Below, in pieces: positions 36,690-49,131 of a stretch of DNA of 64,000 nt (positions are counted from its first letter, which is position 1; every line of letters begins with the position of its first letter). The notes beneath the pieces were generated by a model. The model worked only from the letters and a program-made list of their open reading frames with translations. It did not search any database and had not been told where the DNA came from. Source of the DNA: Chiloscyllium plagiosum (lineage: Eukaryota); contig NC_057718.1 of the NCBI RefSeq assembly GCF_004010195.1, forward strand, positions 58,371,704 to 58,435,703, written 5' to 3'. The translations under genes and the position numbers were made by a program.

Positions 36690-37860
36690 AACTTCCTTTC
36701 TTACTTTCCACAATGTTCTGAGATACATAGATCAGGTCATGGAGATTTATCCACCTTTATATTCTTTAAGCTCTCCCAAACTTACTTTTCTGTAACGTGA
36801 ATGGTTTTTAAAACATCAAAGTTTATTTCTCTGCTTTCTCTAGACTCCATTTCTCTCTCCACAGTAAAAACTGACGTGAGATGTTCATATAGTATCGCTG
36901 CCATTTCCTGGAGTTCAACACAAAGATGATCTTCTTGATCTTTAAGAGGCCCTACCTCTCACTAGTTACCCTCTTGTTCTTAATGTATTTGTAGAATTTC
37001 TTTGGATTATCTTTATCCTTATCTGCCAATGCTATCTCATATTCTCTCTTTGCCTTCCTGATTTCTTTCTTTAAAATGCCCTTACACTCTTTATATTGAT
37101 TAAGAGATTCAATTGAACCAAGTTCTCTATATCTAAAATTACATTCTCTTTTATTCTGGACTAGAATCTCAATATCTTTATTCATCCAATCTTACTTTTC
37201 ATTCTAACAGGAATATACTGCCTCTGAATTCCCATTATCATATTCTTAAATGCCTCCCATTTGTCAGACATTCTTTTACCTGTGAACAGTCTACTCCAAT
37301 TAATTTTGAAAGTTTTTGTCTAATCCCATTAACAGTTGCCTTACTCCAGTTAATAACTATAACTTTTATGGAAGGCTGATCCTTTTCCTTAAATCATTTT
37401 ATAACTAATAGAATTATCATCGGTAGACCCAAAGTGTTTTCCCACTTTTATGTCAGTCACCTGCCCTGCTTTATTGCCCAAAAGAAAATCTAGTTTTGCT
37501 CTTCCCCTAACAGGAGCGTCAACATATCGATAAAAAAAATTCTTGAACAAATTTGACAAGTTTTTCACCATCCAAACCTTTAACACTCTGATAGTCCCAG
37601 TCAATGTTTGGAAAATTAAAATCCCCCATTATTACAACTTTATTATGCTTACATATATCTGAGATCTATCTACATACTTGTTTCTCAAATTCCCTCTTAC
37701 TATTGGCTTTGGGGGGAGGGGTTATAGCATCAAGTTGATCTTTCCTTTCTTGTTTGAAATTTATACCGATATTTTCACTGGATAATTTTTCAGAAATATC
37801 TTGCCTAGTTACAAAAATGCCACCACCCCTCCTTTCTTGCCTTCTTTTCTGCCCTTCCCA
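36690..37860 (-). mobile_element. Old CR1 ORF2 fragment (EN, linker, RT start)
   Basis: RGRAKLDFLLGNKAGQV, HFGSTDDNSI, KKEIRKAKREYE, NPKKFYKYIKNKR. Confidence 0.85.
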
Positions 37861-38027
37861 TAGCTTATCCAGTGCTAGACCAGTTCTCCCACTTGCCATA
37901 GCCAGAAGTACTCACGACTGCCAGGATAACTCAGGATCATTGGCAGCATCTTTAAAAGACATTCAACATCTGATTAAGCATTGTTGGTCTGGCTTGCCTT
38001 GTGCTGTTCATGACACTTGCCCCAGGC

Positions 38028-38265
38028 ATGGCAGATAAAGGGAATTTGGCAGCTTGTGTTGCGGAGAGAGACTGGAGGTCCTGGCGTATGGAGTGGTGCA
38101 AAGGGGGAATGTCATTTTCCCTCAAAACTGGATTAGGAAGCCATGACACCAGATCCTTCCAGCCTGGTCTGGGGTTGCCCCCAGTCAGTGTGGATAATAA
38201 CCATTGGGGCAGACACTCAGCAGTGCAGGAAGAGGGTCAATGACATTCTCTGCTCTGCCAGGCTA
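38028..38265 (+). mobile_element. Harbinger Myb/SANT-like DNA-binding ORF relic
   Basis: Frameshifted MADKGNLAA..ERD.EVL..GV...FP...PAW..VA...QQCRKRVNDILCSAR. Confidence 0.7.
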
Positions 38266-38742
38266 AATGCCACCATCTCCTGTCTGCACATCACACTCAC
38301 TCTGTCTCTGACACTGCACCCAGGAGCCATGGAGTCCTGTGCTCCACCACCCACAATGTTGCATGCAACATCTTCCCTCACTTACTCTCAACCTCACCAG
38401 CGCTTCCCACATCCTCACACCACTAAGCCAACAGGCCCTCTGCATTGCCTACCAACTCATTCAGGTAACCACTATCACTTCCCCATTGATAGTGAAGTGC
38501 CTGACATTAGGTTCCTTATCCAGTTTGAGCAGAGGATCCTTACCCTGACCACCCTTATCACAGATCCATGTGCGCACCTTGACTAATGACAAGCTACCTG
38601 CCTTTGTGTCCAGACTAAACAACGAGGCACGAAAGAGGTACTGTGAGCCCGTTGGTACTGGCAATCATTGGTCCCTTGCAGATGAGGGTGACTCTATTCC
38701 ATTCTCAGGTTGGGTCCGTAGGTGGCTGTACAGACCAATATG

Positions 38743-38956
38743 CTGAGGAATGTGTTGCTGGAAAAGCGCAGCAGGTCAGGCAGCATCCAGGGAACAGGAG
38801 AATCGACGTTTCGGGCATAAGCCCTTCTTCAGGAATCTTCAGGCTTATGCCCGAAATGTTGATTCTCCTGTTCCCTGGATGCTGCCTGACCTGCTGCGCT
38901 TTTCCAGCAACACATTCTCAGCTCTGATCTCCAGCATCTGCAGACCTCACTTTCTC
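38743..38956. mobile_element. PLE-derived palindromic mini-element
   Basis: Inverted arms meet at ~38835. 17-bp TSD ctgtacagaccaatatg at 38726-38742 and 38957-38973. Hammerhead CUGAAGA-A-GGGC(UUAU)GCCC-GAAAC-GUC on minus at 38805-38832. Confidence 0.9.
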
Positions 38957-39502
38957 CTGTACAGACCAATATGGCTACTGCAGACTCTGTTACACTTGGG
39001 GCAGAAGGTGGTTGAGGAAAGGGATGGATGGAACATTTGGTGTGGCAGCGCACCCCTTCTGCTGTTTTCACCTGGCTTCCATTTTTATCCTGATGGCAAG
39101 TCTTGAGGTACTCGCCGTGATCCCAGATACTCCTCCTCCACATTGGTTGGTGTTGGGCCAATGATTCCCAAGTGTCTGTGGGAACGCTGCACATCACCAG
39201 TGAGGCATTGAGGGTATCATTGAAATGTTTCCTGTGTCCCCCTGTGGCTCGCCTGTCATTTCAAAGCTGGGAGTAAAACACCTGCTTCGAGAGTCTCATG
39301 TTGGTCGTGCAGATGACATGCCCAGCCCATCATAGCTGATGAAGGGTAGCCAGTACCTTCAATGCTAGGGATGTTGGCCTGGTTAAGAATGCTGGTATTG
39401 GTGCATCTTTCTTTCCAGCGGGTTCACAGTATCCTGCACCAGCAATTTTGTTGGTATTGTTCCAGCGCCTTGAGTTGTCTGTTGTAGACAGTGTGTCACT
39501 GC

Positions 39503-40059
39503 TGTCACTTTGATAAAGTTATTTTGTCTTTGATTTTTTTGAAGACAAGTAATAAAGGCAGAAGTGTCAAAGGGTTTAGTTTAACAGTGGAAGGGGAGTG
39601 GCCAGTTCTCTCAGTTCAGGTTTTCTCTAATTTGTTTTAGCTAAGTAGTCACAAGATGTGAGAGTCCAGGGGAGTTGCAAGCTTCAGTCAGCTTCCTGTG
39701 ACCTTCTTCTGAAATCTCATTTAGACGTTGTTCCTTCTTGCCTGTAAGAATCTCGAATAGAATTTACCTTTTTGCCCAAGGGTGTGTTTGTGGAATGGAT
39801 TGGAACAGTTCATTAGTAATTGTTACTGTATTGGGTCGGTTCAGTTTTCCAATAGTTAAATTATTCTAAATTCTGCTTTCTTTGCTCGTGTTTCACCTGT
39901 AGTGTTTAAATAAATTTTGTTTTGCTTAAAGTCGAATGGTTTGACCAGTTGCATTATACCTAGAACACCCACTTCACATCTGCCTTTAAAATCAGAAAAA
40001 GTTAGGTTCTAGGCTACCTTCTTAAAATATCCTGAGGGGGTCTGGCTTGGAGCTTTACA
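39503..40059 (+). mobile_element. Solo LTR inserted in RTE
   Basis: TG...CA termini, aataaa at ~39909, imperfect ctgc/ctgg flanks; RTE resumes on both sides. Confidence 0.65.
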
Positions 40060-40623
40060 CTGGCCCGTTTCAGAGTCACAGAGGAGGGCGGAAACCACTG
40101 CAGCTCTGTAAACCATGATCTTGGTGTTGGACCTATTGTTGTTCTCAAACACCCTTTTTGCAATGTGCCGAATGTTGCACTAGCACACTGGACATGATGC
40201 TGGATCTCTTCATCAATAGCTGTTTTGGTCAACAGGACATTCCTGAGGTATTGGAAGTGGTCAATGTTCTCTAAGGCCTCCCCGTGGATCTTGATGATCC
40301 AGGGTTTGCTCCACAATGCCAGGCCAGATTTGTGGAGGACCTTTTGTCTTGCAGATGTTCTGCACTTAAGGCAAGGCAAAGCACAGATTTTCTGACCATT
40401 GAAATAGGCTCAAAGTGAGTGAGTACTAAAAGAGCAAGAGAACAGCACTGGGAGGCAGTCTAGTCTAGTGTGCAAGCTGAGAGCCTGTTCAAACACAGAC
40501 AGTATTCTTGCAGCAGCATTGCAATAATAGATGGTGGTATTCTCCAATTGCAGCATTTATGTGAAGAAACATACTGTGGGTAGAGCTGAGATGTGTCATC
40601 AGGATGTCATGAGGTTGGTATGT

Positions 40624-41932
40624 CGAAAAATGTGGCACTGAAAAGCACAGCAAGATCTGAGGAGCAGGAGAGCTGACGTTTTGAGCATAAGCCTTTCATC
40701 AGGAATGTGGATGGGGAAGGGGATGAGAGATAAATAAGGGGAGTGGGGATGGAGCTGTGGGTAAGATGGGTGGGAAGGCTTTAGATGGATGCAGATGGAT
40801 TGCAGGAGCAATTGTGATAGGTCAGAGGGGAGGGTGGAGCGGATAGGTGGGAAGGAAGATGGACAGGTCAGGCAGGTCAAGGGGTGCCAAATTGGAGAGT
40901 TGGATCTGCGATGAGGTGGGGAGGGGAGATTTGAAAACTAGTGAAGTTGATTGTTGATGCCATGTGATGCCGCTAATCTCGATACAGTGCATTATCCTCC
41001 ACCATTTCAGCTATCTACAGTCAAACCCCACCATCAAAGATATTTCCCTCCTCACCCCTATCTGCATTCTGCAGAGACTATTCCTGCCGTGACAAACTTG
41101 TTAGGTCCAACCTGCCCCCCCTTCCCCCTCTCCACCCCACCAACCCACCCTCCACACACAGCACCTTCTCTTGCTGCCACACAAAGTGTAAAACCTGCAC
41201 CCACACTTCCCCACCACCTCCGTCCAAGGCACCAAAGGATCTTTCCACATCCAGCAGAGACTTTCCTGCCCATCCACCCACCTCATCCACTGCATCCATT
41301 GCTCTCAATGTGGTCTCCTGTACATTGGGGAGATGTGACATCAACTCACGGAGGCATTTCAGGGAACATCTCTGGGATACACACACTAATCAACCTCACC
41401 GCCCTGTGGCTGACCACTTCAACTCCCCCTCCCCCCTCACTCCCCCAAGGGCATGCAAATCCTGGGCCTCCTCCACCATCAAATCAAAGCCACCTGCTAA
41501 CCGAGGAAGAACACCTCATCCTCTACTTCAGGACCCTACAACCATATGGCATTAACATCGACTTCACTAATTTCCAAATCTCCTCTCCCCCAATCTCATC
41601 CCAGATTCAACCCTCCAACTCGGCACTGTTCTGTTGACCTGTCCTACCTGTCCATTTTCCTTTCCATTTATGTGCTCTACATTCCTCACTGACCTATCAC
41701 AATTACCCCCTACCTGTATCCACCTATTACCTTCCCATCCACCTTCCCCCCCCCTCTCACCCCCAGTCCCATATTTATCACTCATCCCCTTTCCCCCTCC
41801 ACATTCCTAATGAATGGCTTAAGTCTGAAATGTTAACTCTCCTCCTCTTTGGATATTGCCTGACCTGCTGTGCTTTTCCAGTGCCACCCTTTTGACTCTG
41901 ACTCTCCAACATCTGCAGTCCTCGCTTTCTCC
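40624..41932 (+). mobile_element. Penelope-like element with GIY-YIG endonuclease relic and inverted 5' pseudo-LTR
   Basis: CIHCSQCGLLYIGE...HFREHLWD...PVADHFNS...EEEHLILYFRTLQPYGIN. 40624-40965 is an inverted copy of the 3' end. TSD tgaggttgg(t/c)atgt at 40610-40623 and 41933-41946. Confidence 0.92.
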
Positions 41933-41954
41933 TGAGGTTGGCATGTGTTAGATC

Positions 41955-42235
41955 CGATTTGATTTATTACCATCATGTATACCAAGGTATAGTGAAAAGT
42001 GTGGTCATACATGCTTACAGACAGATAAAACTATGCATCAGGGTAACAGAATAGAGTGTAGGATGCAATGTTACAGCTGCTGAGAGGGTGCAGAGAGAGA
42101 CATCAATATTAACATTAAAGACCCATTTCAGAGGTCGTATAACAGTGGGGAAGAAGCTGTTCTTGAATGTATTCGTATGTGTATACAAACTTTTATATCT
42201 TCAGTTGATGGAAGAGGGTGGAAGAGGGTATGAGA
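41955..42235 (-). mobile_element. Rex-Babar-like LINE 3' fragment
   Basis: tttgatttatt...gtgaaaag...gggaagaagctgttcttgaat pattern typical of Rex1/Babar 3' ends; assigned from recall of the family. Confidence 0.55.
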
Positions 42236-42329
42236 TGGTCACTGTCTATGAAGTGTACCCAGAGATGCTGGTGTTATGTGTCCAAGCCACAAATTCAACA
42301 AGTTCAATGGAGAGTACAGGAAGGTATGC

Positions 42330-44950
42330 CAGGAGCAGTGCCAGACATATCTCAATGTGAAATTCAAGCTGGTGAAACTACAAACAGGACTGCTTGTGTG
42401 CCAAACAGCATATACAGCAAGTGATAGTCAATGCTAAGCATTCCATAACTAACCGATCAGACCTAAACTCTTCAATCCCTCCATACTTAGTTATGAATGG
42501 TAGTGGACAATGAAAAAACTCACTGGAAAAGGGGAAGCTTCCACAAATGTCCCCATCCTTATTTACAGTAGAGCCCAGCTCATCAGCACAAAAGATAAGG
42601 CTGAAACATTCATAACAATTTTCAACTAGAAGTCTCAAGTGGAAAATCCATCTCAACCTCCTTCAGAGTTCCTCAGAAGCACAAATGCCAGTTTTCAGCC
42701 AATTTGATTCACTCCACGTGATATCAAGAAACGGTCGGAGACACTGGATCCCGCAAAGCTTCTGGGTTCTGACAACATTCCAGCAATATTACTGAAGACT
42801 TGTGCTCCTAAACTTGCTGCACTCCTAACCAGGCTGTTCCAGTACAGTTATAACACTGGTGTCTACCCGACAAATAGAAATTGTCCAGGTATGTCCCATA
42901 CATAAAAAACAGATAAAATCCAATCCGGCCAAAGACTGCCCAATCAGTCTACTCTCTATCATCACTAAAGTGATGGAAGGTGTCAACAGTACTATCAAGT
43001 AGCACATGCTCGGTGATGCCCAGTTTATGTTCCACCAGGGCCATTCAGCTCTTAACCTCATTACAGCCTTGGATCAAAAGAGCTGAATTCCAGAGTGAGG
43101 GAAGACTGAAGACCCTTGACATCAATGCTGCATTTGACTAAGCATGGCATCAAGGGGCTCTAGCAAAACTGGAGTCAGTAGGAATCTGGGGGAAACTCTC
43201 CACAACAGTCATACCCTCCCCAAAAGAAGATGGTGTAGCTGTTTGAGGTCAGTCATCTCAGCTCCAGATCATCTCTGCAAGAGTTCCTCAGGGGAGTGCC
43301 TAGGCCAAACTATTTTCAGCTGTTTTATCAATGACCTTTCTCTATCATAATGTCAGAATTGGGGATGTTCACTAATGATTGTACAATGTTCAGCACCATT
43401 TGTGGCTACTCAGATACTGAAGCCCTCCATGTCCAAATGTGTCATAATCTGGACCAATATCCAGGTTTGGGCTGACAAGTGGCAAGTAACATTCATGCCA
43501 CACAATTGCTTGGCAATAACCATCCCCAGAAAGAGAGAATCTAACCATCAGCTCTTGACATTTGATGGTGTTACCATCACTGAATTCCCCCACTATCGAC
43601 ATCCTGGGGGGTTACTATTGACCAGGAAATGAACTGAACTCATCTTATAAATACAGTGTCCACAAAAGAGGTCATAGGCTTGAAATCTGGCAGTGAGTAA
43701 CTGTTAGACATGGCTGTGACCCCTTCTGTTAATTAAGCCGAACACCCAGAAAAGCTCACCTCACCTCGTAATCTGTTAAAATATGAGTGACAGAGGACTC
43801 CCAAATTCCACTACTTCGAGTTAAAATATAGATTGATATTATTTTATGTAACAGTGAACATTAAACAACAATTATTCACCACGCTAAGCCCCCTTTTCTT
43901 TTAACTACTTATTACTTGCCTCAAATTCTATAACAATATGCTGTTCCAATAAGACACTTATTGAAATTACATCAACTTAATTTCAAAATCACACAACAGC
44001 TGTCATCTTCAGTGTCTTTCTTCGTCCGACTGAAGATCTCCCTGGGTCGTCTTCTTTCTTTTTACTGCAAGTATGTTTCATACGAACAGGTACCTTTGAT
44101 AGAGTGTTTCTTAATCTTTCATGTCTCTCTCGATGGCAGTTGTTCTGTCTCCAGTTTTCAAAAGCTGCATTTTTATATCTCCAACATCGGATCATCTCAG
44201 TGGTTTGATATTGATGAAACAATAAATTCAGACTCGACCGGGGTTTAGTATCCTGAGGCATAATTTAAACTGATGTCAAAACAGCAACAACTCAGGTATT
44301 CGTTTCACAGCTAAATGTTACATATTTTCAATTTTCCAGTATACTCTGAGTCTGCCAATTAGTCATATCACAGCTGCTTGTGATCTCTCAGTTCAGAACA
44401 TCATTCACACTCTCTTAAAGGTACAGTACACGCCTTCAACTTCATAACAGTAAGTCACTGTCAGGGCAAGTCAGGAATGTGATGGAATACTCCTGACTTA
44501 CTTGGCTCTAACAACATTTAAGAAGCTTGCCACCATCCAGCACAACGCAGTTTATATATTGGCATCACATCACTCCCTCTATCACTGCTCAGTAACAGCA
44601 GTGTGTATAACCCAAAAGATGTATTTCAAATTATCATCAAGCGTCCTTGGACTGCATTTTTCAAACCACGATTGTTGCTGTCGAGATGGACAAGGGCAGC
44701 AGATACACATCACTTCAAAGTTCCCCTCCAAACCACTCACCATCTGGACTTGGATGTATATTACCTTTAGTGTTGCTGGGTCAAAATCCTGAAATTCCCT
44801 CCCTAAGGGCATTCTGTGTCTACCTACAGCACATGGGCTGCAGTGGTTCAAGAAGGTAGCTTACTACCTTCTTCTCAAAGGTAACTAAGTATGTACAGTA
44901 AATGCTGACCCAGCCAGTGACATCTATATTCCGTGAGTGAATATAAATAA
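42330..44950 (+). mobile_element. L2-like LINE ORF2 relic, interrupted by a solo LTR
   Basis: LDPAK..GSDNIPAILLKTCAP, PISLLSI, QF.FHQGHS, FSCFINDL, MFTNDC, WADKWQVTF; 3' end ...aaatgctgacccagccagtgac. Confidence 0.85.
43702..44449 (-). mobile_element. Solo LTR of the Gypsy family at 61788
   Basis: tgtta...taaca termini and gtaac/gtaag TSD. Reverse-complement start tgttatgaag..gtgtactgtacctttaa matches 61788. Confidence 0.88.
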
Positions 44951-45126
44951 GCAGTGAGCTGGAGTCCCCATCTATTTGCTTCACCATTCACGTTCGGAAT
45001 TATCAGCACCTAGTTCTTATCTTGTGCATGGGATGATGGAAACGTGCATTTTAATGACTTGTGATTAAGTAATAATCATGATGATAATGAGTGGTAATCC
45101 CCATTAATTGGCCTCTCACCACTCTT

Positions 45127-45400
45127 TAGATTAGATTAGATTAGATTAGATTAGATTAGATTAGATTACTTACAGTGTGGAAACAGGCCCGTGGGCCCAA
45201 CAAGTCCACACCGCCCTGCCGAAGCGCAACCCACCCATACCCCTACATTTACCCCTTACCTAACACTACGGGCAATTTAGCATGGCCAATTCACCTGACC
45301 TGCACATCTTTGGACTGTGGGAGGAAACCGGAGCACCCGGAAGAAACCCACGCAGACACGGGGAGAACGTGCAAACTCCACACAGTCAGTCGCCTGAGGT
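45127..45400 (-). mobile_element. HE1 SINE with (TTAGA)n tail, 5'-truncated
   Basis: Highly similar to the reverse complement of 61255-61503. Confidence 0.92.
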
Positions 45401-45779
45401 GGGAAGAATCTTGTCTTGTATTGAGGACTGATTTGGAAAATGTGAATTTTCAATCTTGATTTCAAGAAGGGCCTTACTTAACATGTCACACAATTTACCC
45501 AAATGTCTCACCACACCCGTGTCATTCAGGGCCCAGGAAGTGTCTGCCCTTTGTGTTGTGATGTCAGCATCTAAGGGTTAATTTTCAATGTAGGCCAAGA
45601 TGGACAACTGTTGGCAATGGATGGCTTACCCATCATACATCATACCCACGTTTCCTTCCCACCAATTTCAACTGAAAATAATATTTACCAGAGTATACAT
45701 CAGATGCCTGTATGATCAGAGCTGTCAGTTTTTGTCTCCTACCGACTATACAAATTCGAGACAGCACCCCCTCCAACAT

Positions 45780-46160
45780 TTGGCAGCACTGTCCTATGAG
45801 GAGAGATTAGTTTGATTGGGTCAATATTCACTCGAGTTTAGAAGGATAAGAGAGGATTTGATTGAAACATGTGAAATTCTAAATAGGGCTGGACAGACTA
45901 GATGCTTCCCTGGATGGGGAATATAGAGCAAGGGGACACAGACCCAGGATAAAGCGGACATCATTTAGGATAGAGATAAGGAGACATTTCTTCACTTGGA
46001 AGGTGGTCACCCTGTGGAATTCACTTTCACAGAAAGCTGTGGATATTGGGTCACTGATTATATTCAAGAAAGATTGATCATTTAAAAAAAAATAAGTATA
46101 AAGTAGAAAACAGGAATATGCCATTGATATAGAGGATCAGTCGTGATCATGTTGAATGAC
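45780..46160 (+). mobile_element. CR1 3' fragment
   Basis: LSYEERL...RRIREDLIET...RHFFT.KVVTLWNSL motifs. Confidence 0.8.
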
Positions 46161-46415
46161 TTTGCATTTTCCAGGATAGCATTGAATGTTGTATCTGCCA
46201 AAGTATGGACATCTGTTTAAAAGACTGAAAGTGGTGCTGGTTGAAGCTATAAAATGTTTATTTTGCTCCATGCCTCTGTTTTGCTCTCTGTCCGCTGACA
46301 CTTGTATCTATAGTTTAATGATTAATTCTGTGAAGCTGTCATTCTCTTGCCATTTTAACACAAAATGGTTCCTCAAAATACAAAGAGTCATAGAATTCAA
46401 CCACATGATCATATA

Positions 46416-48726
46416 CAGAGGACCTCGATTATCCGAATATCAATTATCCGAATATCAGTTATCCGAAGGAGATAAGACCATAAGACATAGGAGCGGAAGT
46501 AAGGCCATTCGGCTCATCTAGTCCACTCCGCCATTCAATCATGGCTGATGGGCATTTCAACTCCACTTACCCGCATTCTCCCCGTAGTCCTTAATTCCTT
46601 GTGACATCAAGAATTTATCAATTTCTGCCTTGAAGACATTTAGCGTCCCAGCCTCCACTGCACTCTGTGGCAATGAATTCCACAGGCCCACCACTCTCTG
46701 GCTGAAGAAATGTCTCCGCATTTCCGTTCTGAATTTANNNNNNNNNNNNNNNNNNNNNNNNNNNNNNNNNNNNNNNNNNNNNNNNNNNNNNNNNNNNNNN
46801 NNNNNNNNNNNNNNNNNNNNNNNNNNNNNNNNNNNNNNNNNNNNNNNNNNNNNNNNNNNNNNNNNNNNNNNNNNNNNNNNNNNNNNNNNNNNNNNNNNNN
46901 NNNNNNNNNNNNNNNNNNNNNNNNNNNNNNNNNNNNNNNNNNNNNNNNNNNNNNNNNNNNNNNNNNNNNNNNNNNNNNNNNNNNNNNNNNNNNNNNNNNN
47001 NNNNNNNNNNNNNNNNNNNNNNNNNNNNNNNNNNNNNNNNNNNNNNNNNNNNNNNNNNNNNNNNNNNNNTTTTTCCAAAGTGCAAGACCTTGCATTTGCT
47101 CACATTGAATTCCATCAGCCATTTCCTGGACCATTCTTCCAAACTGTCTAGATCCTTCTGTAGCCTCCCCACTTCCTCAGTACTACCTGCCTGTCCACCT
47201 AACTTTGTATCATCGGCAAACTTCGCTAGAATGCCCCCAGTCCCTTCATCCAGATCATTAATATATAATGTGAACAGCTGCGGCCCCAACACTGAACCCT
47301 GCGGGACACCGCTTGTCACCGGCTGCCATTTCGAAAAAGAACTCTCCCAACTCTCTGCCTTCTGTCAGATAGCCAACCCTCAATCCATCCCAGTAGCTCA
47401 CCTCGAACACCATGGACCCTCACCTTGCTCAGCAGCCTCCCGTGTGGCACCTTATCAAAGGCCTTTTGGAAGTTAGGTAGACCACATCCACTGGGTTTCC
47501 CCGGTCTAACCTACTTGTCACCTCTTCAAAGAACTCCAACAGGTTTGTCAGGCACAACCTCCCCTTACTAAATCCATGTTGACTTGTTCTAATCCGACCC
47601 TGCTCTTCCAAGAATTTAGAAACCTCATCCTTAATGATGGATTCTAGAATTTTACCAACAACCGAGGTTAGGCTAATTGGCCTATAATTTTCCATCTTTT
47701 GCCTTGATCCTTTCTTGAACAAGGGGGTTACAACAGCGATCTTCCAATCATCCGGGACTTTCCCTGACTCCAGTGACTTTTGAAAGATCTCAACCAACGC
47801 CTCCGCTACTTCCTCAGCTACCTCCCTCAGAACTCTAGGGTGTATCCCATCAGGGCCAGGAGATTTATCTATTTTAAGACCTTTTAGCTTTTCTAGCACT
47901 TTTTCTTTTGTAATGGCAACCATACTCAACTCAGCCCCCTGACTCCCTTTAATTGTTGGGAAATCTCGAGGTCCCAATAGAAACATTACATCAAAGATGT
48001 GTTTCCAACACTTATCGTGTATTTTGATTACAGTGATTAAAAGTGAACTTGGCTTACGGAAATGCTGCCGAGAACAGGCCTGAACATCGATGGGTGCCCA
48101 TGCACTGTCTCCAAATGACCTCCTGCCCGCGCGCTCTCCCCACACTTTCCCTGGCATTCTACACAGTTGTATACCCTACACTCCCCTTCCCCAGATAATC
48201 TCTCTAACATTGTCGTGTACAAGACAAAGGTGGAACCTGTCAAAACATTGCAGTAAAAGGTTGTGTGTGTGCGCGCGCACGCACGCGCATGTTTGTTGGT
48301 GTCCAGTCCGACTGTCACGGAGAAGGGATGGGGGCGGTGTTGGATGGGCTTGGGGGTCCGGGGGTAGGGTGGAAGGGGGCAATGTTGGATGGGTTTGGGG
48401 GGCAGATGGAGGGGTGGTGTTGAATGGGATTGAGGGCAAGCAGGGCTAGGGGTGGACAGGGGAGTGGTGTTGGACAGGGATGGGGAGCGGTGTTAGACGG
48501 GGTTGGGGTGCGAGAGTGGGGGCAGTGTTGGACAAAGGACGCATGGGGGTACGGGGCTGGGGCAGGGACAGGGTCTCGCGCACGGTGTGCTGCTGTCTAG
48601 TCTTTTGAAGGGGGAGCAGACTTCATAGAAAACCCAGAACCTCAGAGGAAATCAATTAACCAAATAATCAATTATCTGAATGAAATAGTGCCCACCCATC
48701 TCGTTTGGATTATCGAGGATCCTCTG
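46416..48726. mobile_element. Second copy of the TA-flanked MITE (opposite orientation), interrupted by CR1 at 46473-47962
   Basis: TIRs cagaggacctcgattatccgaa / tttggattatcgaggatcctctg with TA flanks; 47965-48250 is homologous to the reverse complement of ~30350-30630. Confidence 0.88.
46473..47962 (-). mobile_element. Relatively young 5'-truncated CR1 (RT to 3' UTR), contains assembly gap
   Basis: [43 protein letters not shown]; frameshift at YLTSK; cttatggtctt tail. Confidence 0.95.
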
Positions 48727-49094
48727 TACGCTGCCTTCAATTTCATCCAGCTCTACAATAGGAACAAAGTCCACCCAATCGAATATCCAACTTATCTGGA
48801 CTGCAGTGGTCGGCTTAATGTTAAGCCAACAATTGCTCCACTTTTTTTTGGAGAAAAGGTGACTGTGTCAGTCTATCCTAGGAATTCAAGGCAATGCACT
48901 GATGACACCTTGTGCCCTTGTTTTATCAGCAGAGTAATGATGACATCAGAGTTATCAGCAAGCCCCTAATTGCAATGCCAAGACACACTTCAACATGTGA
49001 AATGGAAATAGAAAAGAGTGCCAATGCTACTGTATTGAATGAATACATGCCTAAGAGTTATCTACTAGCTCCACCAAGAAGCTGAGTAACTTAC

Positions 49095-49131
49095 CTGAGA
49101 TTGGAAAGCCCATTGGAACAGGAGTGCTCCT
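49095..49131 (-). other. Candidate 37-nt exon
   Basis: cccttttgtttggatttcag|AGGAGCACTCCTGTTCCAATGGGCTTTCCAATCTCAG|gtaagtt; open in all three frames. Confidence 0.35.

Larger units (their letters stand above)
38700..40360 (-). mobile_element. RTE-clade LINE 3' portion, interrupted by a PLE (38743-38956) and an LTR (39503-40059)
   Basis: HIGLYSHLRT C-terminus split by the PLE; PTDTWESLA; LENIDHFQYL..IDEEIQH. Confidence 0.85.

Noticed and set aside
40951..41637. 228-aa Pro/His-rich ORF
   Set aside because: Mostly an off-frame reading of a C-rich, frameshifted Penelope GIY-YIG relic; not a host gene.
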